From IMG/VR virus record IMGVR_UViG_3300025922_000001: DNA of 64,000 nucleotides. One strand, 5' to 3'. Source of the DNA: an uncultured virus (IMG/VR IMGVR_UViG_3300025922_000001) (taxonomy: Duplodnaviria; Heunggongvirae; Uroviricota; Caudoviricetes). This document shows positions 9,631 through 20,092 of the stretch, in pieces. How positions within the stretch are numbered: position 1 is the first letter of the stretch; each line of letters starts with the position of its first letter. A program made the translations under genes and the position numbers. The notes below the pieces were generated by a model that worked only from the letters and a program-made list of their open reading frames with translations, was not told where the DNA came from and ran no database searches.

Positions 9631-10475
9631 ACGATGAGCTCCTTAGTTGCGACGGGTGCCACTGTATCAACCGCTGGCTGCACGTCAAATACGATGTTCA
9701 TCCAGTTCGTGATGTCATTTCCAACCCAGTGTCCATCAGTTTTGACGATGGTCTGAAAGTTGCCCAGTCTCCCCTGGACCCGCTCACCGCACGAGTACTG
9801 TGGGTGAGGACCGATCCAGAGACGGCGAACCTCTTTAGTGGGTTGCCCGTTTGCGTCGAGTTCCCAGTCTGGGTACAAATAGCCGCACACATCGACCCAG
9901 TATGGAAGAGACACGGAAATCTGACCCTGCATATATGGCTCCCACTTACCAGAGCCATTTGCTTGTCTTGTCTCAGCGATGAACATCACGCATCGTGTGT
10001 TCAAAGCAGGCACAAGCGCGAGATCACGAAAGCCGCGAATGACTGTGTCCATCTGCATAAGCAGTGCACCCCAGTCCTGCATCTTCATCTGCTCACTACC
10101 GACCAACTGAGTCTTGCAGCGACGCTGAATCTCGGTGATGGAGTCGATCACCACCGACACGAAAGGCGTGATGTACTGGGTGAGCCAGTTATACACAAGC
10201 TGCACCGTGCCCCAGTCACGCACATTGACGATGCATGCTTCCCATGTGCCATCGTACACGGGTGGCCCACCGGTGGAAGGATCCCAGAAAACCTTCTTCA
10301 CCGGAATGAAACGCCAGCTGCCCTCAGCGTCAAGAACAAGCACGGGCTTCGGCGCAGTAGAAGACAGGGTCGACTTACCCATCTTTGAAGGGCCGTGAAT
10401 CAACAGTGATATGCGCTGATCGGTACTGTACGACATGGGAGGATCAATAGCGATGGGAATGCTTGTCTCAGTCAT
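9627..10475 (-). CDS. AAA_24/Sak4-like ATPase recombinase
   Basis: LLIHGPSKMGKST, LVLDAEG, VVIDSITE, QDWG. Confidence 0.85.
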   Translation of the reverse strand: MTETSIPIAIDPPMSYSTDQRISLLIHGPSKMGKSTLSSTAPKPVLVLDAEGSWRFIPVKKVFWDPSTGGPPVYDGTWEACIVNVRDWGTVQLVYNWLTQYITPFVSVVIDSITEIQRRCKTQLVGSEQMKMQDWGALLMQMDTVIRGFRDLALVPALNTRCVMFIAETRQANGSGKWEPYMQGQISVSLPYWVDVCGYLYPDWELDANGQPTKEVRRLWIGPHPQYSCGERVQGRLGNFQTIVKTDGHWVGNDITNWMNIVFDVQPAVDTVAPVATKELIV

Positions 10476-10984
10476 ACACGCCTCTTACGCCGGTTATTTG
10501 CCTGCTGCTTTGCCGTGGCCCATCGTATGTTTCCAGGAAAATATCCATTTTCGTTTTCAATGCGATCAATGGTGTAGCCTTTACCAGGATGTGCACCAAT
10601 TGATGACATAAGATATTCATAAAATGACACGAATGATACTTGCCATTCTTCGCACATTCCACGCTTGGTGTAATCAGGATTGTGCTTAAAACGCTTTCTC
10701 ATCTGCAACCAGGTACGAAATTCTAGCGTCATTGCGCGTTTACCATCAACAAAAGCCGTGTGTCCGTGAATTCGATGCTTGTTATGACGTGTTTCTCGGT
10801 TCAAGCAACCGCATGAACGCGATGCGCCAATGCGTAGTTTTTGCTGTTGCACACTAACTTGCGCGCCACATTCACATTGACACAACCAACGAACTTTTTT
10901 CGCACGGTCTGGTGGATCTTCTGCGCGTGCGATAACAGTAAGACGTGTAAATACTTGTCCTATGAGATTCTCAGCAGTTCTCAC
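10472..10984 (-). CDS. HNH-type homing-endonuclease-like protein
   Basis: GQVFTRLTVI, WLCQCECG, SCGC, TIDRIENENGYFPGNIRWAT..QQANNRR; AT-richer than neighbours. Confidence 0.8.
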   Translation of the reverse strand: MRTAENLIGQVFTRLTVIARAEDPPDRAKKVRWLCQCECGAQVSVQQQKLRIGASRSCGCLNRETRHNKHRIHGHTAFVDGKRAMTLEFRTWLQMRKRFKHNPDYTKRGMCEEWQVSFVSFYEYLMSSIGAHPGKGYTIDRIENENGYFPGNIRWATAKQQANNRRKRRV

Positions 10985-12372
10985 TGAGTGTCCCGGCCCT
11001 TCTTGTCGTAACGGTCACGCGGGTTGTTCTGCTTGTAGAGCGCATCAAGCATATCATCTGCTCCACTGGATCCATCATCGAGCATATTGCAGATGGCCGA
11101 GAAATCACACGACCAAGAACAATCGCCATTGGGCGTCGGGTACACAATATCGAGATGGTGTTGCCCGCGGTCCAGTGCGTCGATTGTTTCAAGCACCTCA
11201 CGGGTTATTGCGATCAAGCGACGTCGATAAGACTCGAGTTCGTACGGGTTGTGCCTCACTTCAATGCGATCGTAGAACGGTGGCTTGGCCTTGGCACTTC
11301 GCTTTACACGACGAAGCATGTTGTAAAGAGCACCATCACAATGCTCTTCACCTTCTTTTGACGCCAGCATTTCCAAGATGTGATAGTGGAGCATCTGTTC
11401 GTTTTGCGGAAGCGTGAGAATGGGGGCGGTCAGAGATCCCACAGTCTTATGGTCAATGAAGACCCTAATTCCATCGGTGACACGATATGCCCGGGTATCA
11501 AGAAGACCGATCAGTTGCACCTCACGTTCATCACTTGCATCACGCATTGGAACGGTGATGTCCGCAACGAGTGGAGTTTCTGACGCGATGATGCGAAGAT
11601 CTGAGTCAGCACCAGTTTCTTCAAGCCACTGGACGTATCCCTCCACCATTGCACGCTCGAGGTTGCAACTCGCTGAAAACTCGGTGGCGAACTCAGCAAG
11701 ACGTTCATCGGTGGCATCGCGCTCTGCGGCGAGGTTCCTGATGGACGTCCAGTCTTCGACGATCACACGTTCAAGTGCATCACGTGGATCGACTCGCTGC
11801 TCACCTTCGGGAACATACCACGCTGCCAATGCACGGTGAATGCGTGTGCCAGTAGAGCGCACTCCGGTGTAAGATTCGGTCTTCAGCGTGAGTTCGCGGT
11901 ACCAGCCAAGCCACCACTTACGCTTACACCGCTTGTATGTCTGGAGTTCGGAGTTCGAGATTCGGTAGACACCGTCCTGGGCTTCTGGATACGGGTCAAT
12001 AAGGGGCAGAGCGTAGTGGTAGAGCTGCGCGCCTTCCTCAGCCGGCAACACCTGTGCCAGGGTATCTTCGGTGTCATCGGGGAGGTCTAGGGAGGACAGC
12101 ATGATTGGGCCCGAAGGGGGTGGTGGCAACTTTGGCACCGTCGTCTTAAGTGGTGCTTTTGCGGCAGGGCCGTTCGCTACGATGTCATTGAGCGCACGCG
12201 CAACTCGATCACGATCGCCTGGCTTCCACGAGTCTTTCGTCTCGATGTTGTAGAGATGCGCTGTACTTTTTCCTGTCAGTCCAGCAAGAGTGCTGAACTT
12301 CGCACGTGACACCTTGTGTTGAGTACGCACCTGAAGAACGAGTGCACCAGTGAGTTCATCCGCTGCATACAA
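10981..12372 (-). CDS. Cas4/RecB-like PD-(D/E)XK exonuclease with N-terminal HTH-like extension
   Basis: ISNSELQTYKRCKRKWW, GTRIH, G.LD, IDHKT, Q...Y, C.W.C.F..IC. Confidence 0.85.
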   Translation of the reverse strand: MYAADELTGALVLQVRTQHKVSRAKFSTLAGLTGKSTAHLYNIETKDSWKPGDRDRVARALNDIVANGPAAKAPLKTTVPKLPPPPSGPIMLSSLDLPDDTEDTLAQVLPAEEGAQLYHYALPLIDPYPEAQDGVYRISNSELQTYKRCKRKWWLGWYRELTLKTESYTGVRSTGTRIHRALAAWYVPEGEQRVDPRDALERVIVEDWTSIRNLAAERDATDERLAEFATEFSASCNLERAMVEGYVQWLEETGADSDLRIIASETPLVADITVPMRDASDEREVQLIGLLDTRAYRVTDGIRVFIDHKTVGSLTAPILTLPQNEQMLHYHILEMLASKEGEEHCDGALYNMLRRVKRSAKAKPPFYDRIEVRHNPYELESYRRRLIAITREVLETIDALDRGQHHLDIVYPTPNGDCSWSCDFSAICNMLDDGSSGADDMLDALYKQNNPRDRYDKKGRDTQ

Positions 12373-12384
12373 GGGTGGTGTCTC

Positions 12385-14313
12385 CTACTCGTCGACGCCG
12401 ACGTACGGAATGGACGCCAACGGGGTGTTCAAGACAAGCGCTTCTTGCGCATCGATGACAGATGTGTCGGCGTGCGGGTTCGCTGCAAGTAGAGCCGCGC
12501 GATCACGAGTGATTTCATCAAGTCGGTTGAACTTCTCGTGAAGCTTTGTAATCTGGTCTTCCTCGAGCGTGTCCTTCATCACAATGTCGATGATCGTAAT
12601 CGAGTCGTGAATTTCGGAGCCAATGCGGTGGTTGCGGCTTTCCTTCTGGACCTCCGCCACGAGAGACCACGAGCGCTGCAAGTTGATGAGTGTGTCAGCA
12701 GCAGTCATATCAAGACCGACACCACCCGCGGCATTCGTGAAGAGAAGCACCTTGACCTGTTTCTTACGAAGTGCGTCCAGTGAACGCTCACGTTCAAGTG
12801 GTGACACATCACCAGTGATCAACGCATACCGCACACCGAGCTTATCAAGACGCTTAGTTGCGAGGTTGATCAGTTGCTTGAACTCAGCAGCGACGATGAC
12901 AGGCGGTCCATCGTATGATGGTGAGAGGATGCCCTTCTCCTCAAGCACTTCTTCGAATGCATCGAGTTTGGGAGACGGTTCCGCGAGCATGACATCCCAC
13001 TGTGTGATGTCATCAGGGTCGTGCTTCACCATCTTCACAGACGATGATGCGACCTGCATCAAGCGAAGTGATGCCTCAAGATGAGATGGTGCGATGAAGA
13101 GATCACCATCAGGTGTTCGGGTGATGAGGCGACTCTTGAGCTCACCGTACATTTTCGACTGTGATGCGGCCATGTCGACATACCGCGTTTGTCGCACCTT
13201 AGGCGGAAGTTGCGGGAGAACGATAGCCTTAATCATTCGTCGAAAACGAGGATCTAGGAGCTTGAAGAGTTCTTCACGTGTGTCGGGGTTGATGCCAATG
13301 ATGTCAAGTTTTCCGAACGCGTTCCACGCAGCTAGGCAGTAACGTTCCACGAATTGGGACTTAGTTGGAAAATCTTCTGGTGCCACCGCGTGCATGATGG
13401 ACCATAGGTCACCCGGATGGTTTGCGACAGGTGTCCCAGTAAGAGCCCATCGGTACTCAACACCTGGCTGGTGCATAACATGCCAAATGGCACGTGTTTG
13501 CAAAGACTTCGGTTCTTTCACACGATGTGCTTCATCAAGTGTGACGGTGACAAAATTGAAGTCGTTGAGTTCCTTCTTGTGTACTTCACACCGTGCTGTC
13601 GTGAGACCAGCATCACCAAATTTTGGATCGCATGTACGACACTTCTTCAACTTCACTGAACCGAACGGTGCAAGACGCGTGAACGAACGCACCGACTCGA
13701 TGTTCATGAGCACGATGCAATGCGGGTTTTGCTTGGCTTCCTTGAGGATCGCGCGCTTCTTCGCCGCGGTGCCCTCAACATTGTACACGTGTGCGGTGGG
13801 CATCCATTTGCTGACTTCGCGTACCCAGTGTCGCTTTACCGAGTTAGGACAAATGATAAGCGCAGGCAGTGCATTTTTACGTTCGTGTTCATGCGCTAGA
13901 TTAAGAGCTAGCGTTTGAAGACTTTTGCCTGTACCCATATCATCGCCAAGCAGTCCGGAGCCCGCTCGTCGCATGAACTCGACGCCAGCCCTTTGATAAG
14001 GATAGAGGTGCTCATCGAGGCCTGGGATCGCTGGCCACTCAAGCAAGTTACGAACCTCGAGTGCCGGATCAATGCGCTTTCTGCGGATGTCCCAGGCCCA
14101 GTCGATGAGTGCTGGGGTGAGCGTGAATGTCTCTTTGAACACACCACGAAGTGTCACAAGAGAAGCCCAGGTGGGTGGAACGCACCAGATTTTCTTGATA
14201 GGGAGCCACCGGCAACCGGAGACTTTCTTGATCAATTCTTTTTCATTCCACTCAGTGGTGACGGTAATTACTTGCTTACCTTTTTCGTCAACACCAATGT
14301 CACCAAGCGGCAC
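12385..14313 (-). CDS. SNF2-family helicase
   Basis: LGDDMGTGKS, DEAH, LTGTPVAN, GGVGLDMT, Q..SR.HRIG. Confidence 0.92.
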   Translation of the reverse strand: MPLGDIGVDEKGKQVITVTTEWNEKELIKKVSGCRWLPIKKIWCVPPTWASLVTLRGVFKETFTLTPALIDWAWDIRRKRIDPALEVRNLLEWPAIPGLDEHLYPYQRAGVEFMRRAGSGLLGDDMGTGKSLQTLALNLAHEHERKNALPALIICPNSVKRHWVREVSKWMPTAHVYNVEGTAAKKRAILKEAKQNPHCIVLMNIESVRSFTRLAPFGSVKLKKCRTCDPKFGDAGLTTARCEVHKKELNDFNFVTVTLDEAHRVKEPKSLQTRAIWHVMHQPGVEYRWALTGTPVANHPGDLWSIMHAVAPEDFPTKSQFVERYCLAAWNAFGKLDIIGINPDTREELFKLLDPRFRRMIKAIVLPQLPPKVRQTRYVDMAASQSKMYGELKSRLITRTPDGDLFIAPSHLEASLRLMQVASSSVKMVKHDPDDITQWDVMLAEPSPKLDAFEEVLEEKGILSPSYDGPPVIVAAEFKQLINLATKRLDKLGVRYALITGDVSPLERERSLDALRKKQVKVLLFTNAAGGVGLDMTAADTLINLQRSWSLVAEVQKESRNHRIGSEIHDSITIIDIVMKDTLEEDQITKLHEKFNRLDEITRDRAALLAANPHADTSVIDAQEALVLNTPLASIPYVGVDE

Positions 14314-14568
14314 TCACGTTCTCCTAGCTTGCGACGCGAAGTGCGTGACGTCCTGTGGGCTCTTCACGAAGACTCACAGCCCACTCGATGTCGGCTCCGG
14401 TGTGAATTCGATTGAAATACGTGTTGAGTGACTTCTTGTCGATGGCATGCGCAAGGAATGCTGCGATCAAGCTAACTATCCAGGCGGTGATCATTTCCGA
14501 GAGAGACATGTCATAGTCCTTTCCGATATTCCGTGTTAAGGAGAATCTATCAAGCAATTACACGACGG

Positions 14569-15072
14569 TCAGACACCCGAATTAGCAAGCATTGCGTCAA
14601 AAATGGACGCTTTGAAGCGAGCGAGAGCAAGTGTCGCATGACGTCCTGCATCATTTACGTCGTTTGCGTCGGGTAGATTGACTTCATTTGGCGTGGTGTA
14701 GAAGTCCAGTCGTTTGAGCATTTCATTTGTCGCAAGCTTCTTTGCATCAGCAGGCGGCTGCATAACGAGACGAGCATTAAACCGCTCAGCGAAAATCTTG
14801 ACGCTTCCAATCGCTTGGAGAGCGGTTGGCTGTTGCGTACGCTTTCCGGTCTCTGGCGTCACCGTATACCGCTCGCAAGCGATCAGAATGCTCTCTGGAC
14901 TCTCGTCAGACGCACGAAGGGTGCTCTCCAGCCAGTTTACTGCCGTCGAAACGTCAGTCTGGAGGAAGTGTATGCGTTCTGCGTACGTGTTGTGGAGTTT
15001 AAGCGCAAGAATGCCCATGCTTGTACCCGGATCGACACCAATGATGAGGCCGAGAGGTTTGATGATTGTCAT
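14569..15072 (-). CDS. RuvC-like Holliday junction resolvase
   Basis: IIGVDPGTSMG, IACE, DVNDAGRH. Confidence 0.7.
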   Translation of the reverse strand: MTIIKPLGLIIGVDPGTSMGILALKLHNTYAERIHFLQTDVSTAVNWLESTLRASDESPESILIACERYTVTPETGKRTQQPTALQAIGSVKIFAERFNARLVMQPPADAKKLATNEMLKRLDFYTTPNEVNLPDANDVNDAGRHATLALARFKASIFDAMLANSGV

Positions 15073-15074
15073 TG

Positions 15075-16871
15075 CTATTCTACCTCTCCCCAACGTTGCC
15101 CGACACCAATTGATGAAGTGATGGGAACTGTAAGTAGCTGATCGTCATTCATGACGAGTTCAATGGTGCGCATGACGTCATCGAAATCATCATTAGGAAT
15201 GTCAAAGTCGATCTCGTCGTGCACTGGAATTGTCATGTACGGTCCAAGTCCGGCGGCATCAGCTTCCACGATCTTCATCTTAAGAATCTCGCCTGCTGTT
15301 CCCTGGATTTCATAGTTAACCAGGGTGTACAGCTTACCTGCATCAGCGGTGTGCTTACGTCCAGTGAGTGGCGAACGTACATATGCTTCACCGGTCAAGT
15401 TGAGATTGGCACGACCTTCACTCTCAACTTCCTTAATCCATTCGGGGACTCGACTATACATTTTGTCAAAGTCCCGCATGAATTGTCCGGCTTCATCTTC
15501 AGGCACACCTGCGGTCTTAGCAAATTTCGGGATGCCTGCGCCATAGATCTTCGCATAGCCACCGTTCTTAAGCAGCTGCCTACGAGGATCTGCCTTTGTG
15601 AAACTCGGCTCGTGAAAAAGTTGCACACCCATGTTAACGAAGAAGTCACCGGGCGTCATAAACGCAGCAATCATCCCCGGGTCTTGGGACATATGCGCCA
15701 TGACCCGCATTTCGATCTGCCCAAAGTCGGCCTTGGCCCACCGGTGATCAATTGATGCAGTGAAGCAGTTGCGAATTTTTCGCCCGAACTTAGTCCTGAT
15801 TGGGACATTTTGTAGATTAGGGTCACTCATCGACATGCGACCCGTGCGAACACCAGAGCCACCACCAGGCTCGAATGGGTTCTTATCGGTGCCACCCACG
15901 GTGTTGATCGATGGATGGATCTTGCCATCCCACTCCGACATCGTAAGATAGTTTGCCAGGTAGGTCGACACCATCTTCTGCGCACGCCGGCGGTTGAGAA
16001 CAGTTGCTGCTAGCGGGTGGTCAATGCTCTCGAGAACCTCCTTGTCTAGTGAGTATTGACCACCACCGGTCATCTTGGTGAACTCGACTCCGAATGACTG
16101 AAGCTTTTCGATGACCTTTGCATTGGCACCCGGTGAGATGCCGTGAACGTCATGACACCACTTCTCGGCCGACTTCACATATGCATCGAGTTCATCCATC
16201 AACTTTTGCGTGTACTCACGATCGACAACGACGCCTTTGTTCTCCATGCGTCGAGCGACCCATGACACCGCAAGTTCAAGTTCGTATGACTTAGGTGCCT
16301 CAGCCATCACCCGTGGATAGAGCTCGTCCTTGAGCTGCATGGTGAGGATGGTGTCAAGCCCACCATACATCCAATAGGCTTCAAGATCGATCGGCACGGT
16401 GGCCCAGTTCCAGCCACCTGCCTTCATCGCATCGTCCAGTTGATGCTGGAAGTTGCCTGCGCGCCTATCGACCAGACGACGAGTAAGAGTCTTGAGTGCT
16501 GTGGAGCCGGTTGATTCGAGCACGTGCGACATAAGTCGAGTGTCATGACATCTGGACTCAGGCAACGACACGCCGAGAGTTCCTCGGATCATGTCCGCGT
16601 CGTACGTTAGATTGTGCGCGACGAATGTGCCTTGGAATCGTTTGAGCATATCCGCGCCGAATGCACCCCACCCGGGAAAGTCGATGGGAATGCAGTACGC
16701 GGTTTGGCGATCGCCAAATTGGAGGAGCCGAACCTTATCAATAAGTGTGCGCAAACCTGTGCCTTCGGTATCGACGGCAATCTCATCGCACGTCGACATC
16801 CAGCGTTGACACTCCCACGCGGTCTCGATGTTATCGATCAGATGAATGCCCTTGACTTCATCAAGACTCAA
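15075..16871 (-). CDS. polA: family A DNA polymerase with 3'-5' exonuclease domain
   Basis: DTE, HNLTYD; RTGRMSMSDPNLQN, DFGQIEMR, R...K...Y...YG, IQGTAGE, VHDE. Confidence 0.95.
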   Translation of the reverse strand: MSLDEVKGIHLIDNIETAWECQRWMSTCDEIAVDTEGTGLRTLIDKVRLLQFGDRQTAYCIPIDFPGWGAFGADMLKRFQGTFVAHNLTYDADMIRGTLGVSLPESRCHDTRLMSHVLESTGSTALKTLTRRLVDRRAGNFQHQLDDAMKAGGWNWATVPIDLEAYWMYGGLDTILTMQLKDELYPRVMAEAPKSYELELAVSWVARRMENKGVVVDREYTQKLMDELDAYVKSAEKWCHDVHGISPGANAKVIEKLQSFGVEFTKMTGGGQYSLDKEVLESIDHPLAATVLNRRRAQKMVSTYLANYLTMSEWDGKIHPSINTVGGTDKNPFEPGGGSGVRTGRMSMSDPNLQNVPIRTKFGRKIRNCFTASIDHRWAKADFGQIEMRVMAHMSQDPGMIAAFMTPGDFFVNMGVQLFHEPSFTKADPRRQLLKNGGYAKIYGAGIPKFAKTAGVPEDEAGQFMRDFDKMYSRVPEWIKEVESEGRANLNLTGEAYVRSPLTGRKHTADAGKLYTLVNYEIQGTAGEILKMKIVEADAAGLGPYMTIPVHDEIDFDIPNDDFDDVMRTIELVMNDDQLLTVPITSSIGVGQRWGEVE

Positions 16872-17015
16872 CGCTCGCTCCTACTTCATCCAGTCAAGAA
16901 ATCCACGCGCTTGACGCTGCATAGCACGGCGGCCATGCCTACGCCCAAGACCATAGAAAAACGCAATTGCCACGAGAACGATTATGATTTCCACTTAAGT
17001 TCCTATGTTCCTAAC

Positions 17016-17708
17016 CTAGAGAAGTTCGGCGTGCACCTGCACCCCGAGCTGATGAAGTAGACGAGTACCACTGTCGTCACGGTACTGTGCTGCTGCGACA
17101 ACGCGAGTGATTCCCGCGTTCACGATCAATTTAGCGCAATCCAGACAGGGTGCCATTGTCGTGTACAACGTAGCACCGTCGGTTGACACGCCATTCTTCG
17201 CGGCGAATGCGATAGCATTGGCCTCGGCGTGTACGCTGAATCGGCAAGGTTGCCTTGAGTTGCAGTCAGCCCAATGGTGCTTGGGATCAGGGTTCGTCGG
17301 AAGCTTTGTGCAGTCGCATGCGTGATTGCAGTGTGGAAGTCCGGTCGCGGTGCCGTTGTATCCACTGGACACTGGTCTCGTCTCAATGACGATGACAGCA
17401 CCGACCTGCGCGCGTGAGCAGGTGGCACGATCGGCCATCAGCTTCGCCATTTGCATGAGCGTCTGGTCCATCGAGGGACGGGTCTTTTTCACAGGCAACT
17501 TGGAATGTTCACGAAGTGCTGCGATGGCAGCTGTGCGGGTTGTGCAGAAGAATGGAGACTTGTATCCTTGCACCGAACTCCATGCGTAGTGCTTTTCTTT
17601 TGCACCACTTGGCAATATCACGTTGACTTGCCACACGAAACCGATTGGCTTCGTCTGCGCATCATCTTCATAGATGCGTTGTTCGTTGATGTTATCTTCG
17701 TCACTCAC
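17016..17708 (-). CDS. dCMP deaminase
   Basis: RATCSRAQVGAVI, GYNG, HAEANAI, PCLDC. Confidence 0.92.
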   Translation of the reverse strand: MSDEDNINEQRIYEDDAQTKPIGFVWQVNVILPSGAKEKHYAWSSVQGYKSPFFCTTRTAAIAALREHSKLPVKKTRPSMDQTLMQMAKLMADRATCSRAQVGAVIVIETRPVSSGYNGTATGLPHCNHACDCTKLPTNPDPKHHWADCNSRQPCRFSVHAEANAIAFAAKNGVSTDGATLYTTMAPCLDCAKLIVNAGITRVVAAAQYRDDSGTRLLHQLGVQVHAELL

Positions 17709-18574
17709 GCTGACACCACGTTTTCATTGGGAAGAAGTGTTTCGATCAGGTCGAGCTGTTTGGTGTACCATGGGTTGGCTTCATCTTCCTCCTGCGTGGT
17801 GTTGCCTTCAAGGAGATATGCTGCGACGTCCAGTGATGATGTCGCACGATCTGCTGAGCACACACCAAGTGGCAGATCGATGAATACGAAATCAGTTGGT
17901 GCATGAAGCTTGCTCGCTGCTTCGATGTCACGCTCGTAGATGTGCAGACTCGTCGTGTGATGCACGTATCTGCCTACTGGCATGTGCAGTTCGTATGCAA
18001 TGGTGTGTTGAAGTTGCGTGAACATAAAGAAGTCATACGGTACACCCAACCACACGTCTTGGCTGCGCATATGCGTGTGCATTTCGAGAGCTGGAAAGCC
18101 GTGACCACTTTCACGGATGAGGAACTGAAAGAACACGGTGCACGGCTTGTCACCGATGTGCCGTAGGTCAGCCTTGGTCCAGATGACTGCGATGGCTTGC
18201 CTACTGGACGGATCCTCCTTGAGGAGTTCGATGCAATCCGCAAGTTGCTGCACCACGCGAGGTCCGTAAGCGCCGTAGTCGGGATCCGTAGCATCTACCA
18301 GGACGTTTTCGAACGTCGGAGCGGCTACCCTGACCAAATCAGAGCGTGGAGTTCCAGAGATGAGCTGGAGCGCTTCAAGTGCCGCAAGCTTCAAGTTCAC
18401 ACCGCGGCCAACACCGACTGGAAGCAGTGGCTCAAGGGTGTTGGGAACAATCAACGTCACTGCAGTGAGTTCGCGCGTGGGAATTCCACGTGCTGAAACG
18501 CTCTCGCCCTTATTGATGATGTGGTTGACCAACTTGACGTAGTCGCCACGTAGGTCGTTCAGCTTCAGTTCCAT
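17705..18574 (-). CDS. thymidylate synthase homologue, probable dCMP-modifying (hydroxymethylase/hydroxylase-type)
   Basis: YGPR, SRQA, PC, MRSQDVWLGVPYD (Asp where dUMP-specific TS has Asn), SLHIYE. Confidence 0.8.
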   Translation of the reverse strand: MELKLNDLRGDYVKLVNHIINKGESVSARGIPTRELTAVTLIVPNTLEPLLPVGVGRGVNLKLAALEALQLISGTPRSDLVRVAAPTFENVLVDATDPDYGAYGPRVVQQLADCIELLKEDPSSRQAIAVIWTKADLRHIGDKPCTVFFQFLIRESGHGFPALEMHTHMRSQDVWLGVPYDFFMFTQLQHTIAYELHMPVGRYVHHTTSLHIYERDIEAASKLHAPTDFVFIDLPLGVCSADRATSSLDVAAYLLEGNTTQEEDEANPWYTKQLDLIETLLPNENVVSA

Positions 18575-19539
18575 CAGAGCCTTTCAACACGATCATAAAA
18601 ATCTGTCCGACCGCGACCGAGAATATCGTTCACGTATGTCGAACCTGTGCTGTGCTTGAAGCGACGAATGAATTGGGGGTGTGACACCGGCCAGTCAGCC
18701 CAGTGCGCAGCTTTGAATGCTTTGCGCCCAAGAGCAACCGACGTAGGCCTGTCGAGCATATGACGTAGAAGATCGATGTCATCCACATCGCATGCGTTAA
18801 CAATACCCATCGAGCGAAGCTCACGGATGTCAGCGTGTCGCGCGAGTGCATTAGTGAGGAAATGTCCAGAGGTGGACTGATACGGCATGAACGCAGGCCG
18901 AGGATCAGATGCAGAAGCATCAGGATCGACATGATGTCGCACGTCACCGATAAGAAGCATGCGCGGTGATGGTGGACCGATATACGTCGTGAATGGATTT
19001 AGCTTCACGGCCGCTGTCGACTCAATGCCTGCACGGTGAATGATTGCTTGGATCGTGTCATCAATCACGTGCCGACCATCCACGTTGACGATAGGCAAGA
19101 GACTTGTCATCGCAACGATCTCGTACAATTCATTGAGTTGATGTCCCTTGCCTGCTTCGATGAGATCATCACCACGACGAGAGATGCACTGATCAAGTAC
19201 ACGATCGTTAGCTGACACGTGCACGATGATGGCACCACGTGAACGCAAGAACATCTCGATGTGAAGACGAACACCGTCATCCATAAGCGTTGGACGGTTC
19301 AACACTGTGGGGTAAACACTTTCACCCCAATGCCAACGATCACAGATGATGTGGTGACCTCGTTGCGGACGATAGTCCAGCAGGGGTGTTTCATACTCGT
19401 CGAGTGGATGTACTTCCGGTGGACCCTTATGGAGAAGAGTCACGGTGTTATCGGGAAATCGCTTCTCGAGTTCACACGCTAGTTTGCTCGCAAGAGTTGA
19501 TTTTCCGCTGCAATCCGGCCCTTCCAATATGATAAGCAT
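18574..19539 (-). CDS. dNMP kinase fused to a UDG-like C-terminal domain
   Basis: IILEGPDCSGKST, ICDRWHWGESVY; C-terminal LLIGD...SG.FL...VALGRKA...HPQF. Confidence 0.75.
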   Translation of the reverse strand: MLIILEGPDCSGKSTLASKLACELEKRFPDNTVTLLHKGPPEVHPLDEYETPLLDYRPQRGHHIICDRWHWGESVYPTVLNRPTLMDDGVRLHIEMFLRSRGAIIVHVSANDRVLDQCISRRGDDLIEAGKGHQLNELYEIVAMTSLLPIVNVDGRHVIDDTIQAIIHRAGIESTAAVKLNPFTTYIGPPSPRMLLIGDVRHHVDPDASASDPRPAFMPYQSTSGHFLTNALARHADIRELRSMGIVNACDVDDIDLLRHMLDRPTSVALGRKAFKAAHWADWPVSHPQFIRRFKHSTGSTYVNDILGRGRTDFYDRVERL

Positions 19540-19771
19540 CTTACTTTCCTTTGATCGTTACCCGGTGACGTACTTTGCGTCGCGTGCAATGATGAGCCTA
19601 TTATCATCGGCACCGTCTGAACTAGTGATGGCTTCAATGACTCCCTCGACATCGGTACCGAGTTCGTACTCGATGGCTTCTTCCACCGACATATCTGGGT
19701 ATGCGTTGAGTGGAATGTCGGCTGTGTACACCAACTCGTATTTTACCCGGATGAAGCCAGGCTTAGGCGCA

Positions 19772-20092
19772 TCAGAGGGTTGAGGCATCTTCTCCCCTTG
19801 CTTGCGTAATCATGAATTCGATGTAGTGGATAGCCTTGTTGAGATCCTCGATACCGCCCTTATCGCGGTACCGAGTGACGAGCTTGATCACGTTACCTTG
19901 GCAGAAGTCCAGTGAGTTCGCCAGGATGTACTCGATTGGCTGAATCGCCAAGCCCCGGTAGTGGTTACCCCCGACCTGTCGTTCGAGGGGTAGAGGAGGT
20001 TCTGGGGCTGGTTCTCGGATCACTGGCGGCAGGTTGACTACACTAACCGCAGGCTCACGAGGTCGAGAGGGTTCGCTGATCATAACTCCCAT
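19772..20092 (-). CDS. DUF3310-family protein
   Basis: QVGGNHY...IQPIEYI...FCQGNVIK...RY..KGGIEDL.KA..Y. Confidence 0.85.
   Translation of the reverse strand: MGVMISEPSRPREPAVSVVNLPPVIREPAPEPPLPLERQVGGNHYRGLAIQPIEYILANSLDFCQGNVIKLVTRYRDKGGIEDLNKAIHYIEFMITQARGEDASTL

Noticed and set aside
10981..12372. Cas4-like protein as evidence of CRISPR-Cas
   Set aside because: Stand-alone phage exonuclease in an SSB/Sak4 module; no array or other cas genes
12385..16871. Inteins or introns in helicase or polymerase
   Set aside because: Normal lengths, continuous motifs, no splice-junction signatures
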